A stretch of 25,400 bases of DNA from contig JAYTHU010000194.1 in NCBI GenBank assembly GCA_043732305.1, forward strand, positions 1-25,400, read 5' to 3'. The stretch comes from Oligoflexia bacterium (GTDB taxonomy: Bacteria > Bdellovibrionota > Bdellovibrionia > JABDDW01). Of this stretch, positions 25,242 to 25,400 are shown in pieces (the stretch's first letter is position 1; every line of letters begins with the position of its first letter). The position numbers and the translations under genes are program-made. Below the pieces are notes generated by a model that saw nothing but the letters and a program-made list of their open reading frames with translations, was not told the origin of the DNA and made no database searches.

Positions 25242-25400
25242 GCATATCGCGTTATCTTATCGAACTCATTATATTAGTAGCTGTTTGCGCCAGAAGGTCT
25301 CTGGTTCTCCGTAATTAACTGGGGGGTCAGATATAAGAAATTCAAAATTGTCCATCCGAGGCCTTTATGTTTTGATTTGGTTGCAAGACTAAATCAACAA

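Noticed and set aside
25269..25400. 28-aa sORF MDNFEFL... (25355-25269, -) or the 3' end of an upstream gene ending at 25342
   Set aside because: Weak RBS, no recognisable motif, and truncated context; neither can be supported.

Overview
Bacterial chromosomal window whose gene content (short ~275-aa flagellins, CPFPGH-type DnaG zinc finger, YNNC-type lipoprotein signal) suggests Bdellovibrionota/Oligoflexia; this is inference only. The left part is housekeeping and envelope genes: rpsU-yqeY-dnaG-(rpoD start), a secreted metzincin, tadA, GT2/GT4, rmlA, rsmD-coaD-aminotransferase-M23 and a CDF transporter. The middle is a sigma54-preceded operon: TPR, small ORF, GT9, hypothetical, hybrid kinase, response regulator and degenerate PilZ. 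The right part is a flagellar filament locus (two flagellins, flaG, fliD, fliS, FliT/FlgN-like) with four sigma28-type promoters. The most notable observation is non-coding. The best sigma28 promoter in the window (TAAA-N15-GCCGATAT, 25215-25241) drives a ~350-nt structured, GGA-rich transcript with no credible ORF and a strong intrinsic terminator. Both flagellins have ~180-195-nt leaders with alternative anti-Shine-Dalgarno pairings. The putative RNA has an 11+5-nt complement to the switch element of one leader and shares a repeated promoter motif (TAACGCG) with that flagellin. Together these suggest a possibly undescribed RNA-based control system for flagellin expression. All structures were read by eye, not computed.
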